Positions 48,261-59,954 of a DNA stretch of 64,000 bases are shown here, one piece after another. The notes under the pieces are model-generated. The model was not told the origin of the DNA, did no database searches, and saw only the letters and a program-made list of their open reading frames with translations. This DNA comes from Eledone cirrhosa (lineage: Eukaryota). The DNA lies in contig OZ024743.1 of assembly GCA_964016885.1 (NCBI GenBank), positions 122,574,001 through 122,638,000 on the forward strand, given 5' to 3'. The first letter of the stretch is position 1, and each line of letters starts with the position of its first letter. The position numbers and the translations under genes are program-made.

Positions 48261-49733
48261 TAATTAGGTTAAACAAATCAAGAAAAAGATGTTTCCACAC
48301 ATTCGGCACACGGTATAAAGCAAATGCGAATTCGACTCTCTGTTTCTAGAGGTTAGTATGCCCAATTTCGACTATTTTATATTTAAACCTATGTTGTGGC
48401 AGTTTACAATAAGCTTATATATTTTCAAAAGTTTTCTCAACGGATTGTAAAAAAATGATTGTTTCTTTGTATATAGTATATACGTTCAGAAATGAAATTA
48501 CTGTGAAAGACTGGGAAACATAAAGATGTTACTGTTGATCGATATATCTTAGAAGATGACATTCACGTACCATAAATATTTTTCCCCCCACATTGTGAAA
48601 TAGAAGACTGAAATGGAAGAAAATATGTCTTATAATTGTCAGAATAAAAAGAAATAACTGTAATTGTTTCCAAAGAAATTAAGGAAGTGATACTATTATA
48701 TTTTAGACTAAGTGTAATACAATTTCTCTTTGTATATTATTATTTGAATTGCATTATATTCAGAGCTATGTACAAGCCTTGTCAGAAAGGGTGGAGATGA
48801 TTCACTAAAATCAATTAAGTAAAAACGGTTAGAATAGGAATTATCAATTGTGTAAATGTCTAAAAATATATTAATATATTACATTTGTTTTTTTTATGAA
48901 GTTATTGTTCGTCTTGGTAAGGATTTACTTGCCTATGAAAAAAAAAAGATAATGTGAACAGCTTAATAGCATATAATAGATTTGTTAGTGCAATTATGAA
49001 TAAATTTTACAACCGTGAAAGTTATTTTGTAGAAAAAAGAGGCGAATTGAGGAAATAGATATGATTGTATAAGGTATATTATGTCAGTTATTGAGTGTAA
49101 TATTTCAAAATTTAATGTAAAATATAGGACAACTGTTTCTAGGTTTTATGAAGGAAACTATATGAGGTATTGGGCACTGTCAACCGCCTGTTGTGGCTTA
49201 TTAGCTTTACACGGACGACTAAATTGATTAAATAAATAAATAGGTTAATGGTCAGAGAATTGTCATATAGTTTAAGGGTAGTACAACAATTGTCAAATAA
49301 GAAAGAATTGGAGGAAGATGAATCAAAATTAGAAGCAATGAATAGGAGAGAGAATAAGTGAGTGTTAAAGGGGAATTATTTAGATACGAGAATATATAAA
49401 AATATATATATTCGTTCTATTTTCAGGTTATAAGCTCGGGATTATTCGTCAGAAGATGTCTTAATGAGATGACTAAATTATTCTGATTTATAGAACAAGT
49501 CGAAGAGAATATATATATATATGCTTTAGTGGGAGGAGTCTCCGTTTATTCTTGGCAATACTCCCACGATTTCTCGAATACCTGCCGCTGTGTGGATAAT
49601 TGGTCAGCTGTGCTGCGTCCGGGACGAAAACCACTGTTCATCAGCTAACTTGGACTCGAAAATCTCCCTGCATCACTTTGTCAGACACTTATCATAGACT
49701 CTGCCCCTACGACCCTCTCAGGAATAAGTGGGC

Positions 49734-49792
49734 GAAGAAGAAGAAGAAGAAGAAGAAGAAGAAGAAGAAGAAGAAGAAGAAGAAGAAGAAGA
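49734..49792. repeat. (GAA)n microsatellite
   Basis: Direct observation. Confidence 0.97.
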
Positions 49793-49839
49793 TTCTACGT
49801 TTCTGGTGTCAATGTCAGATTCATGCAATCATCCTTTTG

Positions 49840-50600
49840 GTATACAGATATATTCTGGTTCAATGATAAAGGTTGTTCGCCCTGCGTTGCACACGCACAT
49901 ATATTTGCCTGTATTAAGATCTAGTATGATGTTCAGGAACTCAATTTGGTTAAATTCCATGTAACAGTAATACTTAAACAGGACTATTTGAAGATCGTTA
50001 TTAGATCTCTCCTGAATTTCCCCATTGTGCGGCGATTCACATTCACTGGGATTTCCAGATCGCTGTCAGATTGCACAACAGAACTGTGAGGATATCCATT
50101 TTTTTAGGCATTCAAGATATATGAACTAACAATATCAGCAAGCGCATCCCTGTCGCAGTTCCTTGTGTATATATCAATATGCATTCCATTCATTTCTTCT
50201 CCAGTGAGAATTATCATGGAACAGTAACGGCTTCCTATCGTTCAGAATTAGCCTGATATCAATGTCGCTGATCATATCGAACTGTTTTCCTGAAGCCTCG
50301 GGCTTCCATTATCAGGTGATTCGTAATGGGAGAGTAGAAGTGCACAATACCGAAGTGGGTAATTCTACATGAAACTAGTTAATGGCATCGTTATTGAAGT
50401 CCCATTGATCTAAGCCAATCGAAATTCTGATTTCGGAGTCGATGGCATCAAGAATACACTGACTAACTGGACCTCTCTTATAAGGTTTGATCAACTTGCT
50501 CTTAGGGTTGGAGGGAGAGCTGTCTTGTCTTTGAAGTCTTTAAGGATGACATGGTGGTGCATGCTCTCGTGCTTTTCTATCTTTAGAATAGCTAACTCCT
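49840..50600 (-). pseudogene. Decayed Penelope-like reverse transcriptase
   Basis: Manual translation across frameshifts: VSQCILDAIDSEIRISIGLDQW, FGIVHFYSPI, DIRLILNDRKPLLFHDNSHW, LADIVSSYILN, IEFLNIILDLNTGKY, colinear with PLE RT motifs (ISK.ILD.IN, FDI..FYPSI, RKSLLF, E..ELVG.YIL, FLDVTLDL.TG.Y). Confidence 0.7.
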
Positions 50601-51119
50601 TTTCAATGCTTATGTCATTGTATATTGTAGTGTTGGTTTTCGTATTATATTCAGTTGTTAAATTTCATCAGTAATAGGCAAGTCATTTCTGGTCACAGAG
50701 AAAATAGTGACTGATATCTGATTAAGGTATACGCACAACTTCTAAGAACTAGATTTATTTCTCTAATTTTCCCAACAGCGTAAGCATTAGCAATGTGAAT
50801 TGATTAATCAATTGAATCTCTATACAACAATGGGATAACTATGAATGTAAATTAAATTTACGAGAGTTTGTTCATATTCCACACACATTAAACTTCACTG
50901 TGAAAGAGTAGAAGCCATTCTTAAACCAAATAGTTTTCTCTGATTAGTGTAGGCTTTTATTGTAGGCTTTATCATAGATTAATTACACATTCCTGGTCAC
51001 AGACATAATCGTAGCGTATAGCTATTTATAATCTATACACAATCAGGCATAACTAAATTGCTTTCTTTAATTTGAATATCAGTGTAAGCATTGGCAATGG
51101 GAAATTATTAATGTTTTGT

Positions 51120-51270
51120 AATTTAGGCACAAGGACAACAATTTGTGGCAAGGGGAATGTCGATTACATCGACCTCAATACGTGACAGGTACTTTATTTT
51201 ATCGCCCTTGCAAGGATAAAAGGAAAAGTTATCCAACACTCTCCCGATACTGAAACTCCATCGCCTTAAA
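51120..51270 (-). mobile_element. Old, diverged SINE family 1-related copy
   Basis: GGCACAAGG..GGTACTTTATTTTATCG..AAGGATAAAAGG. Confidence 0.6.
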
Positions 51271-52975
51271 ATTCTTAATTAATAGAAGCACATACGGCCG
51301 TATTTGACTTATAAAATACATAGATTTATAAGACACAGCTGATTTTTCGTATGCCCTTCCAGGAGGAGTTGATGAACTCCTGTTTTCCCGTGGCATTCAT
51401 GGCCTCCACACTAAATAGTCGTTTTGAAGCTTCATATAGTCAGATCCTTATGAAATTCAACCATTTCCAATTTAATAAAATTATTGATCGTTTCGGTACA
51501 AAATTTAAGCATCTCTCAAATACATTATAAAATAATTGTGAATAATATACTGGTTTCATAAAACGCAAATAATTCTTTTTAAATAATTGATATATTAAGT
51601 AAAGTGATGTACCACAAACTACAAAATGTTTGTCTCAAAATGAATTATATGAAATATGTTATTTAAATTTTTTTTAAACATCACCATATAAAAAGAAGCA
51701 TATTGTATTATATCACATCACATTAGTTTATATTTTATTATACTATATAATATTATATTATGTTATATTATGCTACATTATATTATAAGTTATATTGCTA
51801 TCTAAATGCCCATTATTATATTTATGGTAAAACTCCATAATTTCCTTAAGTTTCTTTCTGTTTTCCCGTTATTTACATTTTACGCAGTGATTTGTCTCTG
51901 CCGTTTTTATATGATACACTTGAATTGCAATAATTGAAAATAAGATCAATAGCTTTTGACTATATTAAAATGACATTTAATGTGGCTCTTTCAAACGATT
52001 TTGAAAGAGAAAAACTTAAAAAACTCTTTTTTTAAGAACGATTCAAAGCCACGACAAAAAAAAAAAAAAAAAAAAAGAGACCGTTAGTTTGTCTGTATGT
52101 AGTGCTACATCACCGTTAGTTTGTCTGTATGTAGTGTCTGTGTCAAGTGCTACTACCTACATTTCCTCCAGGCTGGTGTCATTTTAGATGAATTACTATT
52201 GATATACATTGCTAGACCACAAATTACTTACTAATTACCCTGGGTATTAGTTTTGTAAGAGAGATTTGTACAGACTATTTTACGGCACAAGCAGTATCTG
52301 AAACTCTGCGTGCTAATAACACAAACTATGTCATTATACATTTATAAGACGCGAGATAATTCTCGCTCATATTTTTATGCGCCTTATACAGTGTGTAGAA
52401 ATGTAAGGTACATTTACAAGTGTGTGTTTTTTAAATGTTTATTTAATCTTGCAATGAAAATTTAGATAACATGGTTAAACTAGAGAATATGTTGCAAGAC
52501 AAAAAAAAATATATATTCGTTCTGTTTTCAGGTTATAAGCTGGGGATTTTCTACTGCCAGAAAATGGGATCAATCTCTTAAGCTTATTCATTTCATAATA
52601 CAAAGAGAATAATAGCATATCGTAATTTATAGCACATAAACACTCAGTTTGACTATTTTCCATATTAATGCACACGTTGTAAATGCTAATCTATAAATTA
52701 ATAGAATCATTGCACAGCATTAGCACATGTTGTTCTCATTCTTTGGATACAGTAACCCATATTTCAACTACTGTGTCTATTTTGTCACAGCAATCCTAAA
52801 AGCGTGTTTACTAAAAGCACACGAACGTAAGTTAACTTAATTCTTTCTCGTTGCATTTCAGTGTTGTTTTTCTATTAATTAATTTTGGACGTCACCAATT
52901 GCATTCATGCAACTCTGACAAATCAATTTAGTAATTTAGTTAATCTTTTATTCCGACATATCACATTGCTACTTA

Positions 52976-53042
<67 letters not shown>

Positions 53043-53439
53043 ATATATATACATATACATACATACATATATATATATACATATACATACATATATATAT
53101 GGTGGCTGCCAACTCGTTTTCGAGTACGGCCACTACTTTATATCCATGTAGGAGAACCCCTACCGATGCGCTAAACAAGTGTGACTTTTTAGTCCAGCCA
53201 GCGACTTGAAAACTCTGGTACAAACACTACACTTGTGACAATTATTGGCACATAGTGCTGGGCCCATGGTACCATGTGACGACAAGTGCAGAGAGATCTC
53301 CAGATATAAAGCAATGCCTGTGCCGTGAAGCTTTTATAGTGAGTAAAGGCACTGCACAAAGCCAGTCCCACTCTCTTAACCAAGATGATATTTACCAAAA
53401 AGAAGAACAAGTCAACATCATTGGATACCATCAGAGTTG

Positions 53440-53708
53440 CAGGTGTTATATCAGAGTTTTCCTTCTCCTAGAATTCTGCCTTGACAAAGGCTAAGGGGTC
53501 ATCTCTCCCGGTGATTTTGGATGGCCATTGACTCTTAAGAGCTCCTTTGCCCTTTGACAGGTTTTGTTTTTAGTCCCGCAGGATGTCCAAAGTCACCCTC
53601 CTCACCAAGAAAACTTGGTGGGGTTGCCAGTTTAGTCGCCAACGACCCGACCATGAGACAGGTTGTACTGGGATACATGTTACCAGTAGCACCAACTGGT
53701 GACCTGAC
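53440..53708 (-). mobile_element. Probable 5' fragment of an RTE-like LINE
   Basis: GC-richer island between (TA)n tracts with an HDV-like motif order at its 5' end; a related piece occurs at 56925-56955. Family assignment is from recall only. Confidence 0.35.
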
Positions 53709-53726
53709 ATACATATATATACATAC

Positions 53727-53791
<65 letters not shown>

Positions 53792-53795
53792 CAAT

Positions 53796-54382
53796 GTTTA
53801 GCAAATAGAGAAAAAGTTTTAAAATAAATTTTAAAAAGTTCGCTGTACCTACTATATGTACTCTTACCGCGCGGTTTCAAATCCAAAAATAAATGGATAA
53901 TCCAGGCGGACCACCATTGAGAAGGGGATTCTCGTCAGAAGGTTCTTCTCGCTCGGAGAATATAAAATTCCCGAGTTCAAATCACAAACTGGTGCCATAC
54001 AAAACTGTTCCCAGATGAGAGTGAATGAGGAAGGGACCAATTCTGTCTAGTGCCGTGTGTAAAGACAGAAGGCAGGACCAGACAGGTCAATGTCCTGCCA
54101 CTAGAAATAGCAGGAGTTCAAACGACCAAAATGTTATCTCAACCTTAGGGGAGATTAATAATAAAGTATGTGTTCTTACGTGTAAAAAATACATATAGGG
54201 ATACAAGTATTATCCAACCGTATGCCAATGTGGTTCTATGGCAGGTTAATAAATTAACGAGCCAGAACATATAAAATAAAGGTTTAGCAAATAGAGAAAA
54301 AGTTTTAAAATAAATTTTAAAAAGTTCGCTGTATTTACTATATGTACCTTTACTGCGCGGTTTCAAATCCCCAAATAAATGG

Positions 54383-54384
<2 letters not shown>
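53796..54384 (-). mobile_element. Retrozyme/pLTR-like element: 1.2 copies of a 486-bp unit in (TA)n
   Basis: Direct repeats 53796-53898 and 54282-54384; hammerhead overlaps the repeat boundary. Confidence 0.75.
53860..53943 (-). ncRNA. Type I hammerhead ribozyme fold
   Basis: Minus strand ACCTT CTGACGA GAATCC...GGATTT GAAA C CGCGCG GTA AGAGT (second repeat reads GTA AAGGT, perfect stem I). Confidence 0.7.
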
Positions 54385-54444
<60 letters not shown>

Positions 54445-54447
54445 CGC

Positions 54448-54481
<34 letters not shown>

Positions 54482-54663
54482 TTTAATATTCTAATATTCT
54501 AATATTCTAATCAACTCGAAAAATTTATTCCGGACATTTGCAGTTATCTCCCTTACATCTTTCGACCGTGGATTTTTATCGCTTGGGAGAAATGACCGTT
54601 TCTGTGCATGCGCGTTCATACGGTTGTTTCTCCTTTTCCTGTTCCGTATAACCATTATCAGTC

Positions 54664-54702
54664 CGAGCTGAAGATCCGCATAAGGTGAAAAGATTGTTCT
54701 CG
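54664..54702 (+). ncRNA. Degenerate minimal hammerhead-like motif
   Basis: CGAG CTGAAGA TCC gcataa GGT GAAA A GATT GTT CTCG; stem I CGAG/CTCG, but the 15.2-16.2 pair is broken. Confidence 0.4.
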
Positions 54703-54904
54703 ATATGGTGAACTAACTGTTGTGTAACCACTTCTACCAAACTCGCTCCATGGACTGAGTGCTCTACTACTACGGATATTACCTTCCAGTGTTCTACCAC
54801 TATATATATATATATATATGTAAAAGGTAAACAGAAATAACAACACAATCGGTACAGTATATGGAAGGGATATATTAGGTTAACGCATGATATAGCAGGA
54901 TGAG

Positions 54905-54942
54905 GGTTTAATGTTTCGGACGCTAGTCCTTCATCAGACAGA
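54905..54942 (-). ncRNA. Hammerhead-like core (PLE pLTR relic)
   Basis: CTGATGA A GGAC TAGC GTCC GAAAC ATTA on the minus strand; stem I not evident. Confidence 0.4.
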
Positions 54943-55173
54943 AGAAAGAATGAGAAATAAGATAGATTGAGGGGACGGGCGGGTTGGAATTGGAAAAAAT
55001 GTCTTTAGATAAAAATAACAGATCCATTCATGTTGACATCTCTTGCAAAACTGTTGGTGCTGGCGTTTTGTGTATGATTTATTTTTTAGAAAAGTGGATG
55101 ATGTAGCGCGTCTAGCTGAAATGGAAGAAAACCGTTTTCTAAAAAGAACTATACTTGTGCAAGTGCGTAAGCA

Positions 55174-55341
<168 letters not shown>

Positions 55342-55454
55342 ACGTCCGTACGAAGCTAAGAAGAAATGTGTGTGTATATGTGAGTAAAAGAGTATGTTAA
55401 TATAAGAAGGGTTGTATGTGTGTATACAGAGCAGTGAAGGGAAAAGTGGAGTGA

Positions 55455-55491
<37 letters not shown>

Positions 55492-55501
55492 AAAAAAAAA
55501 T

Positions 55502-56035
55502 TCGCTGTACATGGCTGAATACAATAAATGTAATCTGAGTGTTTCGAATATTAATAATTGTTTCTACTTTTTGACACAAGGCCAGCAATTACCCAGTGCA
55601 TTACTGGTATTCGATTCGTTTTCAATTATGCAAACAACCCTCATTTTTAACGCCATGTCAGTAGAGTGAACACTTCATTCTTGCTCTTGTGTTGGCATGT
55701 GAACAGAACTGCAGACACTAATGTTTCTGGGTATCACCCTTCATCAGTACAGCTCACTGTTCACCTGCCAAACTGTCAGAGGTAGTGAAAATATATGCTA
55801 TTTTGAAAAATATACAATGACTGATCGGCCTGATTTGCATATTAGCAGACTGGCTGATCAGTCAGATCTGCATATTAGCAGATCCACTGATCAGCAGTTC
55901 TGCTTATATGCCAACACAAGAGTAAGAATGAAGGGTTCATTCTACTGACATGGCGTTAAAAATGAGGCTTGTTTGCATAATTGCAAACGAATCGAATGTT
56001 ATTATTAATATTCGAAAAACTCAGATTACATTTAT
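55502..56035. mobile_element. Head-to-head inverted-repeat element carrying a hammerhead; SINE 3' fragment (55559-55609) inserted in the left arm
   Basis: Left arm 55524-55712 (minus SINE piece) is the reverse complement of 55894-56035; (TA)n on both sides. Confidence 0.8.
55706..55755 (-). ncRNA. Compact type I hammerhead ribozyme
   Basis: GAGCTGTA CTGATGA A GGGT gat ACCC A GAAA CA ttag TG TC TGCAGTTC: 8-bp stem I (2 GU), 4-bp stem II, 3-bp stem III, GUC site. Confidence 0.78.
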
Positions 56036-56870
56036 AAATATATATATATATATATATATATAAAGGTTATCACATACATAAAATTAAATCAAAGATATAT
56101 ATATGTTGCAACTGTTCACTGTTCACTGGGATATAATTACGGTATGTGCGCATTTCTTCTAGGTTTAATTTTACTACTAATTAAGTGCGGTTGATGGTAT
56201 ATTTGATCGGATTCCGCATACTGCCGAAATGTTTGATAAATAGTGGAACGGAGCTGCTGCGAAGAGGCTACGATCAATTGTTTGTCAGGGATTTCCCCGT
56301 AAGAAAATTTATTCTTAAAGCTTGCTAGATTTGATTTTGTATATGGTTAATTATGCTAATTAGAGGAGGAAATAGTATATATCTTAATATCTGATTGATT
56401 CTATAGACGTGTTTTATGATATATATATATATATATATTGTTATACTTTGGGAGGGTCATGTTGCCAATAAGAAACACACGCACCAGTTGCTTTCACTTC
56501 AATTTAATTTATTATATATTTATAAATTTACAAATTTATAAATTTCTGGTTGGTTGGTTGGTTCCACAACCAGATAGTTGTTTATATATATATAGTCATA
56601 GTTCTTTCGTCACACACTCTGTGACCTCTTCAGTGACTGGGGATTTCTTTCTTCGTTTCTGTGCCTTTCCTTTCTTCTATCCTACGCCATTTTGTTTGTG
56701 TGTGGGTTGCGTGCTCAGTTTGCGCATGCGCCACATCCGGGTGTCTCTGTGTGTTTGTGTTCATTTTTCTATTTTTCTATTTATATTTTTCTATTTGTTT
56801 GTTTATTTATTTATTTATTGTTGGTTGGTTTTATGTATGTTTTATGTATGTGATAACAAATTCAGAAACG

Positions 56871-56921
<51 letters not shown>

Positions 56922-57298
56922 AACAACAGGTAGTACTGGGTTACATGTTACTACCTGTTGTTTGTTTACTGTCCCTCTTTCCCCATCCAATTCGCTCTGT
57001 CCCAATAACTTATTTTAGTTATTGCTCGCACTGATTTTGAGGTATCTGGTCTTTAATGCGATGAAATACCGATGATAGTCAGAAGATCACTGATGATGGA
57101 CAGTCCCGTTTCTCGCTCTATTTTTCATTCATATGTATCACACTCGCAACAACCCAGCACGCCATTCATTCATTTATGTATATATATATGTGAGTGTGTG
57201 TGTGTGTGTATTGTGTGTGTGCGCGTGGTGTGTGTGTGTGTGTATTGTGTGTGCGTGCGCGTGGTGTGTGTGTGTGTGTGTGTGTGTGCGTGCGCGTG

Positions 57299-57331
<33 letters not shown>

Positions 57332-57368
57332 CGTGGTGTGCGCGTGGTGTGTGTGTGTGTGTGTGTAT

Positions 57369-57400
<32 letters not shown>

Positions 57401-57485
57401 CGTGTGCGTGGTGTGTGTGTGTGTGTGTGCGTGCGTGTGGGTGGGTGTGTGTGTGCGTGCGCGTGGTGTGTGTGTGTGTGTATTG

Positions 57486-57553
<68 letters not shown>

Positions 57554-57621
57554 TGTGTGTACAGTCAATATACATATCTTTCTGTCATACTATTTCTTTT
57601 ATTTCCTATATTCCTAGTATT

Positions 57622-57801
57622 ATTGGCAGTATCGGTAGAGGGTCGGACGCCATGCTTTGACGCATAGATTTACGACCCTTTACAGTCTCAGTTTAATTCC
57701 TGCCGAGATTAACTTTACCATTCGTCCTTCCGGGGTCGATCAAATAAAGTACCAGTAATGTACTGAGTAATTTGCTGGCCTTGTGCCAAAACGTAGAAAC
57801 A
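57622..57801 (+). mobile_element. SINE family 1
   Basis: Match to 34716-34891; ends AGAAACA then ATTATT. Confidence 0.85.
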
Positions 57802-58671
57802 ATTATTCATCCCTCCCACGTTTATTCGTTTTCTCTCTTCCTCCCTGGAGAGTAAGTAACATTATCATAAAACATTCTTTTCATTATTCGCTTTTACAAT
57901 CCTTTCTGATAAATATACCTTTTCTTTGTAGCCCTTCACTCAATCGTCCGCCTCCTTGCTTTTACTATTTAACTCGATATAAACCGAATTCCTCCAGCTT
58001 CCCCTTTCCCCCGCTTATTTCTATTTACATTTAGACAGCCTTACCCCACCTATTCCTTTTCACACTCATCTTTATTAAACACTACCTTTGTCCATAAGCC
58101 TTATTTCATCCAAAATGAGAGATCTGCTTCTTTCTTTCTCTATCATCTATCCCTGTCTTTTATCTTCCCCTTTCTTTTCCTATATCTTTGTACTTGTATA
58201 ACCCGCTTTATACTATTTATGTACACCTAAGTTTATCACTCTTTCTCCTTTATTCCAAGACTCTTTAGATAAATAACTTTTCAAACGTTAAATGTTTAAT
58301 ATTTAATTTTAAATTATAAAAATCTCAGTTCAGTGAACTCGTTTAAATGACAGAATCTCAGTACAGTTAAAGCACACTTATAGTAGCATGACTGATGTGC
58401 ATTTCAGTTGATTGTTCGAACTAACCGATTGTAAGCGTTAATATTGTACACGTAAATGAATAGAAATATATACACTGTACGCTGAACACGATAAACAGCA
58501 CCAAAATTACAGAAAAGACTGAAAACTATATGAATATATATTTTGAAAAAAAATTATCATTACAATAATTAAACATTAATAAGCAAAAAATAAAAATTGT
58601 TAATTTCATTTATCTGTTTAGGGGTGAGAGTAGTGATAGATGTAATACTTTGTCATTATAATGTAGTAGAT

Positions 58672-58867
58672 GAGCAGAGAGTCGGACACCATGCTTTGCA
58701 GCATAGAGTTACGGCCTTTTACGGTCTGAGTTCAAATCCCGCCGAGGTTAACTTTGCTTTTCATCCTTACGGGGTCGATAAAATAAAGCACCAGTAACGT
58801 ACTGGGGTCGATTTAATTGACTTTCTCCTCCCCCAAAATAACTGGCCTTGTGCCTATACTAGAAATC
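58672..58867 (+). mobile_element. SINE family 1 variant
   Basis: Same core; ends CCTTGTGCCTATACTAGAAATC then ATTAT. Confidence 0.85.
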
Positions 58868-59099
58868 ATTATACCGTAGTAGAGATATGATGCTCAACTG
58901 GTCATAGAAATTGGAATCTAAGATTTTATCTCTTCATGTTAATGGCACTTGTTTCTTGTCCTAGTATGTCTTCTCTAGAAACGCCCTCTTCTAGCACCAC
59001 GAGAAAAAATAATTTCGCTGGAATAATCTCTTACAGGCTACAATTATATCTTGATCAATTAACTGGAACTTGAGAGTAACGTGGTGAGTTTGAAATTAG

Positions 59100-59495
59100 T
59101 AGCGTTTTAACTTCATTGACCTAAACTTTGAAGCATCCTTCTGGGAAAGTCTTGAGGGAAGAGTTCTCAAGCAAGCCTTCTGGCGGGTTCTGTCAGAACC
59201 AACTGTCTCCAATTGATCCGGCTGGATGCCCAAGCTAGACCAGCCGAGCTCATCGATGTTGTCCAATAATCTTGTCCGGGGTCTACTCATTGGTCTCCTG
59301 CTGGTTGGTTTTGCTCGTAAAATCTGTCTAGCAGTACTTTGCTAAAACAATCTAACCACACCCGTAGTATCGGAGCTGTCATCCCTTAATTCAGAGAAGT
59401 ACTTGGAGCGACTCCCTGATTCCCGAGCTACCCACTCTATCGAGTGACACTACTCCAGAGACCCTTCGGAGAAACCCCATTTCGGTCGCGCGTAT
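59100..59495 (-). pseudogene. RTE-clade LINE 3' fragment
   Basis: Minus-strand ATEMGFLRRVSGV..DRVGSSGIRE..QLRYYG and RPRTRLLDNIDELGWSSLGI, typical RTE C-terminus. Confidence 0.75.
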
Positions 59496-59646
59496 TCTTT
59501 TGGTCATGATCATATGTAAGGGTTGGCACGAATACCGAATTGTAGATAGCGAGTTTGGTTTTTACACCTCTTTCTTCTGATGGCCGAATGCTGAAGCTGA
59601 TGCAATTCTTGCACTTAATTCAACCTCCTGCCTTCCAACACTTGGG

Positions 59647-59776
59647 CCTCACCAAATTGGAGCGCCTGATCTTCAACTTCTTGAGGGAGGTAGAAGTTCC
59701 ACTGGTATGGCGCTCCATCTGCTGTCAACACCCGCTGCGTGGAGGACTGGGTATGTTGTGGCTGATTATGCACAGA
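59647..59776 (+). repeat. Inverted duplicate of the Tx1 ORF2 fragment at 60263-60391
   Basis: CCTCACCAAATTGGAGCGCC...GATTATGCACAG is the near-exact reverse complement. Confidence 0.88.
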
Positions 59777-59954
59777 TACTTTAACTTCTCTCCCTGCTTC
59801 AGTGGAACTCCACTTGCATGTAGAGCAGAATAAGCAGGCTTGCTCGAAAGCACGAGAATCTCAGTCTTTGCAGCACCGAGTATGGAAGTTTAATTTTTAA
59901 GAACTTGGACGATCGGGATAGTGACCACCAATATAAGCAGGTTAATGGCTTATT

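Noticed and set aside
48760-49170. Candidate micro-exons bounded by AG/GT
   Set aside because: Expected by chance in AT-rich DNA; no recognisable protein similarity.
52080-52136. Two copies of CCGTTAGTTTGTCTGTATGTAGTG
   Set aside because: Simple local tandem duplication with no further structure.
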